From: an uncultured Acidobacteriota bacterium
Lineage (GTDB): Bacteria; Acidobacteriota; Blastocatellia; RBC074
Direction of reading: 5' to 3'
Assembly (NCBI GenBank): GCA_963800895.1
Contig: CAWDDA010000022.1
Span: 9,243 to 73,242, forward strand
Length of the DNA stretch: 64,000 nt
Shown here in pieces: positions 47,548 through 59,053 of this stretch; the first letter of the stretch is position 1, and each line of letters begins with the position of its first letter. The translations under genes were made by a program, and so were the position numbers. The notes below the pieces were generated by a model that worked only from the letters and a program-made list of their open reading frames with translations, was not told the DNA's origin and made no database searches.

Positions 47548-48852
47548 ATGCGATTTACAAGGTATTCAAAGTGGACTGGTGCTAACTGGGACGATCTGAG
47601 TCTTGAAGACCTGATGAACGCCCTGGCGGATCATCTCCTGAAGAGTGGTTTCGAATCGCAGTTCACGCGAAGGAGAGCGCGCAACAGAGGCTTTGGCTCC
47701 GACTTCGACGAGGATTCCGACGAAGAGAGTGCTCTCGACGCGCTTCGCCGCGCGATTCGCGAGGCATTGAGGACATCCGGTCTGCTTGATGATGAACAGT
47801 ATGACCAGCTCTTCGATGAGAACGGCGAACCTCGCGATCAACGGCTCGAGAAACTGATCGATCAGCTGATAAGGAGGCTGCTGCAGGAAGGTTATCTTCG
47901 TGCAGAGGGCGATCGCGATGCCCTGGATGCGATGCTTGATCCCGAGAGGCGTGGTCCGGGTCGCGAGGAAGATTACAGCAACGTGCGCATAAAGTTCGAA
48001 GTCACCGAGAAGGGACTCGACTTTTTAGGGTTCAAGACTCTGCGAGATCTTATGAGCTCGCTCGGAAAATCATCAATCGGACGCCACGAAACAAAGCATC
48101 TGTCGACTGGAGTCGAAGCATATGAAGCATCCAGGCGCTACGAGTTTGGCGATGCACTGAACCTCGACGTGAATGCGACGCTTGGTTCGGCGATTTCACG
48201 GCACGGTCCGGGAGTGCCGATCGAGCTCGACTATGAAGACCTGATGGTGCGGCAATCGGAGTACGAGTCTTCGTGCGCCACGGTCCTCATGCTCGACTGC
48301 TCTCATTCGATGATCCTTTACGGCGAGGACCGGTTTACTCCAGCCAAGCGCGTAGCTCTCGCTCTTTCACATCTGATCAGGACGCAATACCGTGGTGATT
48401 CACTAAGGCTCGTGCTCTTTCACGATTCGGCGGAGGAAGTTCCGCTTGCAAAGCTTGGAAGTGTCCAGGTCGGTCCTTATCACACCAATACCTGTGAAGG
48501 TTTGAAGCTTGCAAGAAGGATTTTGCTCTCACAACGTAAGGACATGCGTCAGATCGTTATGATTACTGATGGAAAGCCTTCAGCTCTTTTCGTTGAAAAT
48601 GGCCGGCTTTACAAGAATCCTCTCGGACTCGATCCGATGATCGTCGATGCCACACTCGCAGAGGTCGCAAAGTGCCGGAAGGCCGGAATCCTCGTCAATA
48701 CATTCATGCTGACCGATGACTACTACCTCGTCGACTTTGTCAAACGGGTGAGCGAGATCGCGCACGGCAAAGCCTACTTCACAACCAGCCTGAGTCTTGG
48801 CGAGTATGTGATGATGGATTTTCTTAAACGCAAGACAAGAAAAGTGAAATAG
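47548..48852 (+). CDS. von Willebrand factor A (VWA) domain protein
   Basis: C-terminal VWA with [15 protein letters not shown] (DxSxS), ...ITDGKPSA..., and NTFML. The N-terminal half is acidic and helical. It starts 10 nt after the ATPase gene. Confidence 0.8.
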   Translation: MRFTRYSKWTGANWDDLSLEDLMNALADHLLKSGFESQFTRRRARNRGFGSDFDEDSDEESALDALRRAIREALRTSGLLDDEQYDQLFDENGEPRDQRLEKLIDQLIRRLLQEGYLRAEGDRDALDAMLDPERRGPGREEDYSNVRIKFEVTEKGLDFLGFKTLRDLMSSLGKSSIGRHETKHLSTGVEAYEASRRYEFGDALNLDVNATLGSAISRHGPGVPIELDYEDLMVRQSEYESSCATVLMLDCSHSMILYGEDRFTPAKRVALALSHLIRTQYRGDSLRLVLFHDSAEEVPLAKLGSVQVGPYHTNTCEGLKLARRILLSQRKDMRQIVMITDGKPSALFVENGRLYKNPLGLDPMIVDATLAEVAKCRKAGILVNTFMLTDDYYLVDFVKRVSEIAHGKAYFTTSLSLGEYVMMDFLKRKTRKVK

Positions 48853-48885
48853 GCACCCCTAAGGGCCGCCTTCTGGCGGAATCTT

Positions 48886-50043
48886 ATGTCGAAACATGCT
48901 TCCGGTGCCACGACGCGCATATTAGGGTCCCACCAGGCAAACCAGACGAGAGACTTGCTGTCCCCTGGCGAGCTGATTACCAGCCCCGAAACAAACCTCA
49001 AGTACGTTATCGATCGGCTTCTGGGCGCTGGTGGCTTTGGCCAGGTTTTTCTTGTGAGGCGTCTTGGGCGCTCCGAGCGGGTACCGGAACTGGTCTGCAT
49101 AAAGATCAGCGAACGTATAGACGGCTGGCTGCGCGAGGCATACTTCGGTCAGTTACTCGACGGGCATCCACGAGCAATCCAGGTCTTCGATGCGTTTCCT
49201 TTAGTGCGTCCAAACGGGAAGGTACTCTACTGTCTTGCGCTGGAATACGCGTGTCATGGTGACCTCAGCGCATACCTGTATCGTGCCGGCAAGGCATGGT
49301 CTGAAAGTACCGCTCGCCGCGAGATAGCCGGCATTCTTCAGGTCCTCGGCAAGCTGCATCGTGGCCAGATGCTTCATCGTGATCTGACACCAATGAATGT
49401 GTTTGTCTGTGACGGAAGGCGTCTGAAGCTTGGCGATTTTGGAATCGTTCGGCACCAGAGCGACCGGCGAGGGATCACAGTTCGAACGCTGAATCTCTCG
49501 ATGGCGCCAAGCGATATCCTCGACGGTGCCGTTGCGAAGTGGCAGTCGCGAGACGATGTGTACCAGGTAGGCCAGTTGCTGGGGATGCTTGTTAAGGGCG
49601 ACGCGCGTGCAAGGATTCGCACCCCGGAGGTTCGAGGCCTCCCGTGCAGCGATCATCTGAAAGAAATCATATATCGTTGCATTGGCGAGCGCCGTAAGAG
49701 GTATGAGACAGCGGATCAACTGATTGAGGCGCTTCGCAATCCGCCTGCTTCGCTAAAACCTCAAGCGTTGAAGAGCTTGAAAGGCGTTCATCTTGCCTTC
49801 ACAGGAATTCTGAGCAAGCCTCGCAACGACGCGGTTCGGGCAGCAAAGCGTGCTGGAGCGATTGTTCACAGTATGCCGTCCGCACGGACCACGGTGGTCG
49901 TCCGCGGGCGGCCAAATGCACTCCAGGCAGCGGGCCGTGACGCAGGCGTGAAGCTGATGGAGATCAAGAGGCTGCGCGAAAAGGGGCACACCATAATCCT
50001 GCTTAACGAAACACAGTTCTGGCGGCTCGCAGCGAAGCGCTAA
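48886..50043 (+). CDS. Ser/Thr protein kinase-like domain fused to a C-terminal BRCT domain
   Basis: LGAGGFGQVFLV (G-loop), VCIKI (Lys), LHRDLTPMNVFV (catalytic loop with Thr at the usual Lys position), LKLGDFGIVRH (DFG). The C-terminus LKGVHLAFTGILSKPRNDAVRAAKRAGAIVHSMPSARTTVVVRG...IILLNETQFWRL aligns by eye with LigA-type BRCT. Confidence 0.8.
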   Translation: MSKHASGATTRILGSHQANQTRDLLSPGELITSPETNLKYVIDRLLGAGGFGQVFLVRRLGRSERVPELVCIKISERIDGWLREAYFGQLLDGHPRAIQVFDAFPLVRPNGKVLYCLALEYACHGDLSAYLYRAGKAWSESTARREIAGILQVLGKLHRGQMLHRDLTPMNVFVCDGRRLKLGDFGIVRHQSDRRGITVRTLNLSMAPSDILDGAVAKWQSRDDVYQVGQLLGMLVKGDARARIRTPEVRGLPCSDHLKEIIYRCIGERRKRYETADQLIEALRNPPASLKPQALKSLKGVHLAFTGILSKPRNDAVRAAKRAGAIVHSMPSARTTVVVRGRPNALQAAGRDAGVKLMEIKRLREKGHTIILLNETQFWRLAAKR

Positions 50044-50167
50044 GAAAGTGCTGAGTGCTGAGTGCTGAGTGCTGAGTATGGAGCTCAAGCTTTTAGCTTG
50101 CTGTCGTACAATCGGTAATTTATGAGCAAGCTAGAAGCTTGAACTCCAGACTCAGCACTCAGCATTC
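50044..50167. repeat. Hairpin element E10 (GTGCTGA arms + core) between convergent genes
   Basis: Directly after stop TAA: GAAA-(GTGCTGA)x4-GTAT-GGAGCTCAAGCTTTTAGCTTGCT-loop-AGCAAGCTAGAAGCTTGAACTCC-AGACTCAGCACTCAGCATTC. The ppa stop codon (50152-54) lies inside the right arm. Confidence 0.95.
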
Positions 50168-50703
50168 AGGCGGACAGTTCCACTTGCGTCCTTGTAGAGT
50201 TCGATCGCCTTCACGATGATATCCAGTGCTTCGACACGGCCCATGAAGCGTTCGACTTTCACTTCCTTGAGCTCCAGAGCCTTGTAGTCTTCGAAGAACC
50301 GTCTCAGTGCCTTTAAACGGTGTTCTGGGAGTTCTGAAATGTCACGAAAATCGCGATACTCAGGATCGTCGGCATGGACTGCGATGATCTTATCGTCCTC
50401 TTCATTCTGATCGACCATCTGCATAACGCCAATGGTCTTTGCACGCACTATGCATAGTGGAACGACCTCGACTTGCCCGAGCACGAGCACATCCAGAGGA
50501 TCTTTGTCGTCACAATATGTTCTCGGAATGAAACCGTAATTGGCAGGATAGTGGACGGCGCTATAAAGCAGTCTGTCGACTTTCAACAGCCCCGTAACCT
50601 TATCGAGTTCGTATTTGACTCTCGAATCGATAGGAATCTCGATGATCGCGTTGCATATCTCGGGAGCGTGGGGGCCGATATCGACATCGTGCCAAGGATT
50701 CAT
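50152..50703 (-). CDS. ppa: Inorganic pyrophosphatase (family I)
   Basis: [15 protein letters not shown]...[24 protein letters not shown]...DDKIIAV are the canonical family I PPase motifs. Confidence 0.9.
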   Translation of the reverse strand: MNPWHDVDIGPHAPEICNAIIEIPIDSRVKYELDKVTGLLKVDRLLYSAVHYPANYGFIPRTYCDDKDPLDVLVLGQVEVVPLCIVRAKTIGVMQMVDQNEEDDKIIAVHADDPEYRDFRDISELPEHRLKALRRFFEDYKALELKEVKVERFMGRVEALDIIVKAIELYKDASGTVRLNAEC

Positions 50704-51236
50704 GATCGCTCAGCTTTCGCCATCGATCGCAGCAGCTTGGGCGTCGCGTGCCATAGGAGCAATCCGGGACCTCGCGGGGGAATACTCGTAACTTCAATCG
50801 CACAGACCGCACCTTTCTTGAACTCGATATTCAGATTTCGATGTCCGGTGAGCAAATACGAAGCGAGTTCGGAAAGGTCAGGCTGATGTCCGACGAGAAG
50901 CACGCGATCGAAACTGTGCGTTCCCATCTCAATAAAGATCTCAGCTTGCCCGGATGCGGCGCCCTCAAGGCCCTGACCCGGCGCCAGTGACTCGAGCACC
51001 TTAACCTTGTTCTGCATACCAAGTGCGACTGCGACCACCTCAGCAGTCTGTCTTGCGCGTAATAGCGAGCTTGTAAAGATGAAATTGTATTTTGGGTTGA
51101 GCCTGCGCAGGCCAAGCGCGGCTTGCTCGAGTCTTGCGCGTCCCTCAGGGGTTAGTGGCCGTTCAGCGTCGCGGATCACCCCGCCCTCGCCGAGCTCTGC
51201 CGCAATGCCGTGACGCATCAGAGAAATGGTGATCAA
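50700..51236 (-). CDS. sixA: Phosphohistidine phosphatase SixA
   Basis: [12 protein letters not shown] (RHG catalytic motif) ...LTPEGRARL...[11 protein letters not shown]...LLVGHQPDL. It overlaps the ppa start by 4 nt. Confidence 0.8.
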   Translation of the reverse strand: MITISLMRHGIAAELGEGGVIRDAERPLTPEGRARLEQAALGLRRLNPKYNFIFTSSLLRARQTAEVVAVALGMQNKVKVLESLAPGQGLEGAASGQAEIFIEMGTHSFDRVLLVGHQPDLSELASYLLTGHRNLNIEFKKGAVCAIEVTSIPPRGPGLLLWHATPKLLRSMAKAERS

Positions 51237-51267
51237 TGATAGGCCTCCTTTTGCAAACCCTATCTTA

Positions 51268-53044
51268 TCATTCCAATGAACTGCGGCGCAGGTTTCGCTG
51301 ATAGAAGTAAGACACTGCCAGCAGTATGGCTCCCAGCGCGAAGAAGGACATAATCCGGTAGATCTTATCGAGCTGCTGAAGGTCTACGAAAAACACCTTC
51401 AGAATAGTGAGTGCCAGGATCGAAATTGCTATCAACCGGAGCGACCTTCGCGACCTGAGTACGCCAGCCGCCAGAAGGACAGCTCCGTAAAGAGTATAGA
51501 TGATCGATAACGACATCTGTTGTGCAAACTCGTCATCGCGGTAGAAGTTTCCGGCTTCGAGGCTGAGCACAATGAGAGCGAGCACGTTTGCAGCGATGAC
51601 GAGTGCTTCTGGAGCGATCCTTCCTTCCAGCGAGTCTTTAAGGCTATCACTCCTCCGGTACCATCGACTGGCAATCACAAAACATGCGATCAGCGTCAGG
51701 CAGCCTGAAGCTCTGGCGTTGAAAAATAACCTCAAGTCGACGGCACCCTCAGCATCAACTACAAACCAGTGGAACAATGCCAGGCCGAAAACTACAAATG
51801 CGGCAGCACGCGCAACCGGAAGTGAAAGGCGAAATCCGCAAGCGAGTATGACAAGCGCTTCAAGCGCCAGTAATATTGTGACCGTCTGGCGGTCAAACTG
51901 AGCAGGTATGAAAAGCGTCAAATAACCGACGGCCATTCCGGCATAGGCTATGACCAGTCTGCGACCTGACTTTTCCCGACCATAGAGCAGCCCCGCAATC
52001 AGAGCGTGCGGAATTGCAAACAGTGCCACTGCCAGGCCGTAGTACGCCTCATGACGCTTGCCGAGCGCATAAATTACAAGGAACGTAGTCAGGACACCGT
52101 TGGCGATGATGAGCGCCACGTCGAAGCGTCGGAACTCAGCGCGCCGGCCTATAGCGTGCATAACCGGAACCAGCGCAAAGATCAGAAACAGAGCTGTAAG
52201 GAATGCGATCGTTGACCAGACAAGATGTGGTTCGAACCACTCGAATGCCCATCCAATCGACAACTGAGCAGTACCGACAAATGCGAGATAGTCGAGCGAT
52301 CTCCATCCCTTGAAATAAGCGACGGCGAGCACACTCAGATCTAGAATGATGAGATAGGAATAGAGGGCTACTTGTGCGTTTTCGCCTTTCGATAGAAGGA
52401 CGGGCGTCAGAAAAGCGCCTACCAATCCAATAATGGCGAGCGAACGCGCATTCTGCCTGACTGCAAGCCATGTTGCCAGCACAGCGATTGCAGCCATACA
52501 GATGAATGCGACCGTGTGCGGAATCAGCTTATAGAAGTCATACGCTGCGAAAACTGACAAATAAAGTATCGCGACACCGCCACCGGAAATTACCTGGGCG
52601 TATGCCCGCATACCCCTGGCGCGAAACCGCTCACCGAAGAAAAGAAGTACAAACCCGGCAGCGAGCCCTGCCAGCACCCGCTGGCCTGGCCCGATCCACT
52701 GGCGGTCGAACGCGTATTTCACGAAGAAGCCAGTAGAAAGAACGATCGCGACCATGCCAATCTTGCTGAACCAACTGCCACCTATCCGCTGCTCGAGCTG
52801 TGCAGCCATTCTGGTGGTGTTGTGGGAGACGTGCTGGTCTCACCTCAGCGACCTGAACAGGAGGGCAACAGGAGGAGCAACAGGGGAGCAGCAGAGGCTC
52901 AATAGAAGGAGTCACCCGCTGAGATTCCTGTTGTCCTATTCCTAAGTGCTGTTCAATTCTGTAGAGGCGCGCGATTTGATCCCGGACCGCAAGCTCGAGG
53001 TACTCGAGCCGTTCACTCAGTCCGTCGTTTTGTTCGTCATTCAT
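51268..53044 (-). pseudogene. DUF2339-like polytopic membrane protein, at least one frame break near 52830
   Basis: N-terminal coiled segment MNDEQNDGLSERLEYLELAVRDQIARLYRIEQHLG, a Pro-rich linker, then after a frame change MAAQLEQRIGGSWFSKIGMVAIVL and ~14 TM helices. Confidence 0.7.
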
Positions 53045-53071
53045 GCGTTATTGGCGTTGCTTAGCAGAGTC

Positions 53072-54683
53072 TCAGAAAGTAATGCCAAAGGGTCCGATAT
53101 GAGAAGACCGATTATTGAGTGAAGTTCGCAAGGCGAGCTCGAGCGCCTGGCGTACGTCCTCGGGTGCCAGCACTGCATCGACAAATCCACGCGATGCTGC
53201 AAAGCGTGCGTCGAGCTGCCGCTCATAATCAGCTCTTACACGGTCCATATCGGCGCGAAGATTCCTCATCCGGCTGACGACCCTGCTCTTTCAGCTTCTC
53301 GAGCTGCGACGAGAAGAGTGCCATTACCGCCGATTCTCCTTCCATTACTGCCATTCGCCCTGTCGGCAGTGTGAAGATAAAATCCGGGTCAAATCCCTGT
53401 CCCGCCATTGCATAGTATCCAGCGCCACTCGCGTGATTCACCGTGATCACAATCTTCGGCACCATCGCTGTCGACATCGCTTCGACAAACCGCGCACCCG
53501 CTCGAATAATTCCTGAGGCTTCAGCTTCTGGTCCGACCATGAAACCGGCAACATCCTGGATAAAAAGGAGCGGAGTTCCGTGCCGGTTGCAGGTTTCTAT
53601 GAAATAAGCCGTCTTCTCTGCGCCGTCAGTGTAGATGATGCCGCCGAACTTTGGCTGTTGACCCTGACGGTTTTGGATCAATCCGCGGCTGTTGGCTATC
53701 ACGCCTACTGTGATGCCGCGGATTCGGCTCATTCCGGTAATCATCTCCAGTCCGTAATAAGCCTGAAACTCATCAAAGCTATCCTCATCGACGATACAAT
53801 CAAGCATTGCCCTGGCGTCATATGGCGCGCGGTGATCAGCCGGAAGGATATCGTAGAGATCTGTTGCGGGCCGCTTCGCCTCCCGCGCCTTTGCATTGCT
53901 GTCGACGCGCGAGCAGCCTGGTGGAAGCTCGGAGACCAGAGAACGGATACGCTCGATGCAATCGCGATCATTCTTTTCAAGATAGTGCGCCACACCAGAA
54001 ACTGCATTGTGCATCCGCGCACCGCCGAGTGTTTCACTATCAACCTTGCGTCCCGTAGCGCCCTTCACCAGGTTCGGCCCGCCCAATCCCATGAATGACG
54101 TTCCTTCTACCATGAGAATCACATCCGAGAGAGCTGGCAGATAGGCTCCGCCTGCGACGCATTGACCCATTACCGCCGCGATCTGAGGAACCTTCAGATA
54201 GCGTCGCATGATCGAGTTGTAATGGAATATCCGCGCGGCTCCGTACTGGCCCGGAAAGACGCCGTCCTGGTATGGAAGGTTAACTCCGGCTGAGTCGACA
54301 AGATAGACAATCGGCACGCGCGAGCGCATCGCAATTTCCTGCGCGCGCAGAATCTTCCTGATCGTCTCTGGCCACCACGAGCCTGCTTTTACAGTAGCGT
54401 CGTTGGCGACAACTATTGACTCACGACCGGCGATGAGACCGATTCCGGTAACGACGCCAGCGGCCGGAGCTTGACCCGCATATTCGTCATAGGCAATAAG
54501 AAGGCCAATCTCCTGGAACGGGGAATCAGCATCAAACAGCACTCGCGTTCGCTCACGTGCTGTCAGTTTGCCCTGCTGATGCTGCCGCTCGATCTTCTCG
54601 GGGCCGCCCCCCAGACGCAGGCGCTCTTCAATAGTCTTGAGTTCGCGGACGAGCCCTTCCAAGTGTGCTCGATTCTCAGACAT
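53072..54683 (-). pseudogene. Acyl-CoA carboxylase carboxyltransferase (beta) subunit, one frame break near 53270
   Basis: MSENRAHLEGLVRELKTIEERLRLGGGPEKIERQHQQGKLTARERT...ANDATVKAGSWWPETIRK...VYLVDSAGVNLP...GGAYLPALSD. The C-terminus continues in ORF 53072-53269 (RADYERQLDARFAASRGFVDAVLAPEDVRQAL). Confidence 0.85.
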
Positions 54684-54723
54684 GACAGCGGATAGCTTGG
54701 AGGGCACGAGCCAGGATGTCAAA

Positions 54724-54926
54724 TCAGGGGTTAGGGATCAGAGGTCAGGGGCCAGTGGTATAGGACCAAAGCATTTGTCATTTATCATTTGTCATTCGCT
54801 TGGCTTGGACTCAAATAACAAATGACAAATGACAAATGACAAATGCTAAATGTCTTGGTCCTATACTCCTGATCCCTAACCCCTAACCCTTCCCCTGACC
54901 CCTGATCCCCGACCCCCGATCCCCTC
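54724..54926. repeat. Three-tier nested hairpin element E11
   Basis: Outer G-rich heptamers (TCAGGGG TTAGGGA TCAGAGG TCAGGGG... vs ...CCCTAACCCCTAACCCTTCCCCTGACCCCTGATCCCCGACCCCCGATCCCCTC). A unique 11-bp middle stem TATAGGACCAA/TTGGTCCTATA. Inner TGTCATT/AATGACA heptamers. It abuts the stop (54927-29) of the minus-strand TonB receptor gene. Confidence 0.9.
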
Positions 54927-57900
54927 TTAGAAAACAATCTTCACCCCAAACTGCATGACTCTGGGTCCGCCGATTGTGTTGCTGATCGTGCCAAAGTCAG
55001 TGAGATCCTGGAGGTCATTGGCAGGATTTGCGAAGTTGGCTTGATTGAAGATGTTGAAAATATCCCATCGGAACTCAAGTCCGACGCGTTCAGTGATGGG
55101 CGTGTTCTTCGAGAGACCAAAGTCGAATCGCTTCTGAGACGGTCCTCGGAGGACGTTTCGTCCCAGGTTTCCGAAGCCGAGATTCCCCGGATAACCTCCC
55201 GCAGCAGTCAAAGGCGAGCAGAGAACCGACGCGTTGAAATAACCTGTCGTGATGTCGCTGTTTTGTTGACGCAGTTGGTCGATAGTCCCACAGAGTGATG
55301 GCCGGCCGAATCCGAGACGGTAAAGACCACCAGCTCCAAGACGGAGTGTTCCGTACTGGGAAACATTGCCGACTTCCGGTTCGGCTGAGAAGATCGAGAA
55401 TGGGCTACCCGACTGCACCTGTGCGAACCCGGAGATCTGCCAGCCCTTGAGAAACCCAGAATCGCCGAGCGGAAGCTGATAGACAAAGCTCGCGCTGAAC
55501 CGGTGAGTACGATCGAAGTCCGACACGGCACGATTGCTTTTCAGATTCCGCTGATCTCCCTGGACCACGAATCCAGTGTTAGGTGTATCTGGCTTCCCGC
55601 TTCCAGCCGTGCTTCCCGGATCCGACGAAATGTAGTCCATCGACTTTGACCAGGTATAGAACGTGTTGAACGAGAGTCCTTTTGAGAACCGCTGAGTGAG
55701 TCCCAGTTGCAGGCCGTGATAAATCGAGTTGGCAGAGGACTGCAGAAGTAAAGCTTCCGGCACGTTGAACCCAAGGATTGACCCGCGGGCTTCAAACCCT
55801 AGTAAGGCGCCTGCGGCGTTGCTTAGATTGTAGTCGAGTGCACCACCGAGAGCAGAGTTGGGGAAACCGAACGCGATTCCGCGCCCCCGCTCCCGCTGTG
55901 TGGATGCGGCGCGCAACGGCCCGTTAAGGACATTTGGATTGCCCGTTGACTGAAGCTGCTTCTGATATGCGGCATCGTATGCATCATTGAATCTTTTGAA
56001 GATTGCGTCTGGCGCTGCCGAGCTGTTCAAGTCGTAGCCCTGATTGAACGCGATTGCCTGTAGGAGCTTTGTTCCCTTTGTCCCCACATAGCGCGCTTCT
56101 ACCATCATGTTCTGAGTGAGCTCGTACTGGACTCCAAGATTCCATTGCTGTATGTAAGGTGTCCTAAGATTGCGGTCGACTGACCGGAATTCGAACGTCT
56201 CCGCGACATTGCCCAGCGCCGGAAGACCGGTTGCCAGATCAACCGGATTGTTGGTTCCGTCCGATTGCCGGGTCACGGGCGTGCCGTCGCGAATTACGTA
56301 TGTGCCACCGGTCTGATAAACCATCCGGTTCGGAAGATAGCGATTGAACGGAAGATTGACATCCTGCTGCGAGAAGGCGGTAGTGATCGGAACCTGACGA
56401 GTCGGAGCCGTCACTTCGATTTCCCTCAGGAAGGGATAGTTGCTGAAAATCGTGTTAATGAATGCAGCTGAAGGCCGGTCAAAAAAGAATCCGTACCCTC
56501 CGCGAATAACCAGCTTGTTGCTGCTGAACGGCGAGAATGCAAATCCGAACCGCGGAGCAAAGTTGTTAAGATCCTGACCGTTCAGTGTGTGGTCATTGTC
56601 TGCCTTCAGTGATGTAGCAATCGCGCCGTTGATCGCCGCGAACTCTGTATTTTGCACATTTGCCGGCACGAGGAACGACGCTAAAGGGTTTTCCGGGTTC
56701 GTCAAACCTTCGAAGTCGAAGTTGCCGATCCGCCCGATTCTTCTCTGTAGGCCAGCCGAACCACTCCCAACGGAGTCCCAGGTTGAGGGTCAGGCGGTTG
56801 GAAGCTTTCCAGTCTGTTGCGATATAGGCGCCAAGATCCTGAAAGCGAAAACTCTTGTCAGTAATCCCAAACTGTGTGTCACCTTCGGTCGCACGGCCTG
56901 CAAGAAACTGTGTGAAGTTTTCCCACTTTTCAAATTCAGTGGCCTGTTCTTCCGGCAAGTTCGAATCGTAGCTATGATGTTTGTACTCAAATCCAAATCG
57001 ATAGACGTTCGCTCCACGCGAGTAGGTGACGTTGTCAGAAAAGCTTAGCGTCTTCTGCTGCCGGCGGTTGAACGAGTCATTTGGGCCCGCGAAGGACAGA
57101 TTCGAGAGATTGTTTCGAAAGATATAGTGGCCGAGTCTTCGCGTTGCATTGCTGTCGTCGAAGAACACTGCCGGATTTGGAATCCCAACAGATTCATTTG
57201 TGATCCCAAGAAACGGTTCATCAAGACTACGCGTGTTGTTGAGAAAGAAGTAACCGAAACGAGCTTCATTGATTACCGTCGGACTGAAAGTATGAATGTC
57301 GGATAGGGCAAACGTCCGATTCCTGTCATTCCGCAGAAGTGTGACCGGTGATGCCAGGCTTGAAGGATCGGGAAATGGATCAAATCCCGGGAAATTCGTA
57401 AAGAAAAATACTCCGCTCAGGCGGTTCGCCTCGCTCACTTGTCCATCAAGCCGTGTCGTGAATTGATTTTGCTCGAACTGTGCCGGTTGAACATTCCGCT
57501 GCCGTATCAACGGGTTGCCTCCAGTCCAGGGTGCAACGGTCGTATCCGAGCCCACGCGCGCACCACCCGGGCGCGGCCCTGGAATGAAAAACCCGCCGGT
57601 GACGGGGTTGATTAGATTGAGTAAACGTACGCTCGTCGGTGAAATCTGTGCTTCTGTGAGAGGGAAGGTTGGGTTCAATTGTCTGAAAGCGGCTACGAGA
57701 TTTGCTGGGGTTCGCTCGCCCTGAATCAGAGCGAGAGCCTCGGGAAGAACGCTGATGCTCGATGCAGTCGGAACAAACCCTGTGTCCGCTTTCGTGTATT
57801 GGTAACCGCCGAAGAAGAAGAATTTGTCCGCAATCACGGGGCCGCCTACAGTAAATCCGCCTTCATGCCGTCGCGCCTTTGGCTTGTCGATCCCGTCACG

Positions 57901-58746
57901 ATTGTAGAAGTAATCGTTCGCATTCAGAGCCTCGTTCTGAATGTAGTAATAAAGCGAGCCGTTAAAGGTGTTTCCTCCGCTTTTGGTCACCAGCTGGAAA
58001 TTTCCGCCGCCTGACCTTCCAGTAGAAGCATCGTAGAGGCTTGTCTGTAATTTCACTTCAGACAGCGTTTCGGGCGCTGGTGAAATGTTGTCGCTGAACG
58101 AGCCTTCGTTGGTTGTCAAATTGGTCGCGTCGATTCCATTGAATGTCAGACTCGTGCTCGTCGTTCGCGTTCCGTTCACCGACGGTGAGATATTGCCGGT
58201 TCCATTAGTAAGGACCGGCGGCAGATCGGAACTGACCCCAGCATCGGAAGAAAGCAAGTGTGTGAAGCTCCGCGTCGACGTGGGCAGCTCGACCAGCTCT
58301 TTGCCGCTCAGTTGGCGAAAGGTCGTAGCGGTCGTTGGTGTCACGAGGGGTGCCGTATCAGTAATATTTACCTCGATTGCGACTTCACCGACCTGAAGGT
58401 CCGTATCGAGGACGCGCGGGACTGAAGCTTCTATCGCAACGTCTTCACGAACGGCTCTTTTAAAGCCGGCAGCTTCGATTGCGATCTTATAAATGCCAAC
58501 CGGCAGAACTGTTATTACCCAGCGCCCCTCGACGTCGGCGGTGGCTGTACGTGTAAGGCTCGTTGCCTGATTCACTGCCGCAATCTTAGCACCCGCCACT
58601 GCTCCGCCGCTGGCGTCTCGAACTGTACCACTCAATGATCCGGTTGGGCCGGACTGACTGAAGACCGAAGCACACAACAAAGCTAAAAGCGCGAAGGCTG
58701 ACAGCGTTCGACTACTCTGGACGAACTCAAAACCACTTCTTTTCAT
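54927..58746 (-). pseudogene. TonB-dependent receptor with N-terminal carboxypeptidase-regulatory-like domain, one frame break near 56735
   Basis: AGGAGA RBS; signal MKRSGFEFVQSSRTLSAFALLALLCASVFS; GSLSGTVRDASGGAVAGAKIAAVN...EGRWVITVLPVGIYKIAIEAAGF. The barrel continues across the break (…WEWFGWPTEKN / GRIGNFDFEGLTNPENPLASFLVPA…) and ends with the terminal F (GVKIVF). Confidence 0.8.
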
Positions 58747-58950
58747 GGATATTTCTCCTGGCGTCGCGGACTCCTGTGCGCTTTTGGTCGGAGACCGCAA
58801 CCTGAGTTTCAAAAATGCTGATTAATGCTTCTCAAAAGGCTGGTGAATCACCAGACGGCCTGCGAGATTAAACCCCTAAGTTTCGAGACTAGCAGTGGAG
58901 TGTTAAACGCAATTTAGGTGACCGTTAATTCTGTCTTAACAAGGCCGCTC

Positions 58951-59020
58951 CCGGGAGCGCTGGCCTCTGGCCGGCGCTTGATCCCAGGAGACGCGCCGGT
59001 CAGAGACCGGCGCTCCCAGG
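58951..59020. repeat. Type-B inverted repeat (GGGAGCGC motif) in a divergent promoter region
   Basis: CCGGGAGCGCTGGCCTCTGGCCGGCGC-15 nt-GCGCCGGTCAGAGACCGGCGCTCCCAGG. The arms are complementary apart from a few mismatches, and the terminal motif is shared with 25958-25992. Confidence 0.6.
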
Positions 59021-59053
59021 GTGTGCTAATCTCTCAATCCGAGGTAATTCGTT

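Noticed and set aside
53041-53226. The 61-aa ORF 53041-53226 between the DUF2339 and carboxyltransferase genes
   Set aside because: It overlaps the frame-shifted C-terminus of the carboxyltransferase (53072-53269), which has a clear family match. The small ORF is an out-of-frame artefact.
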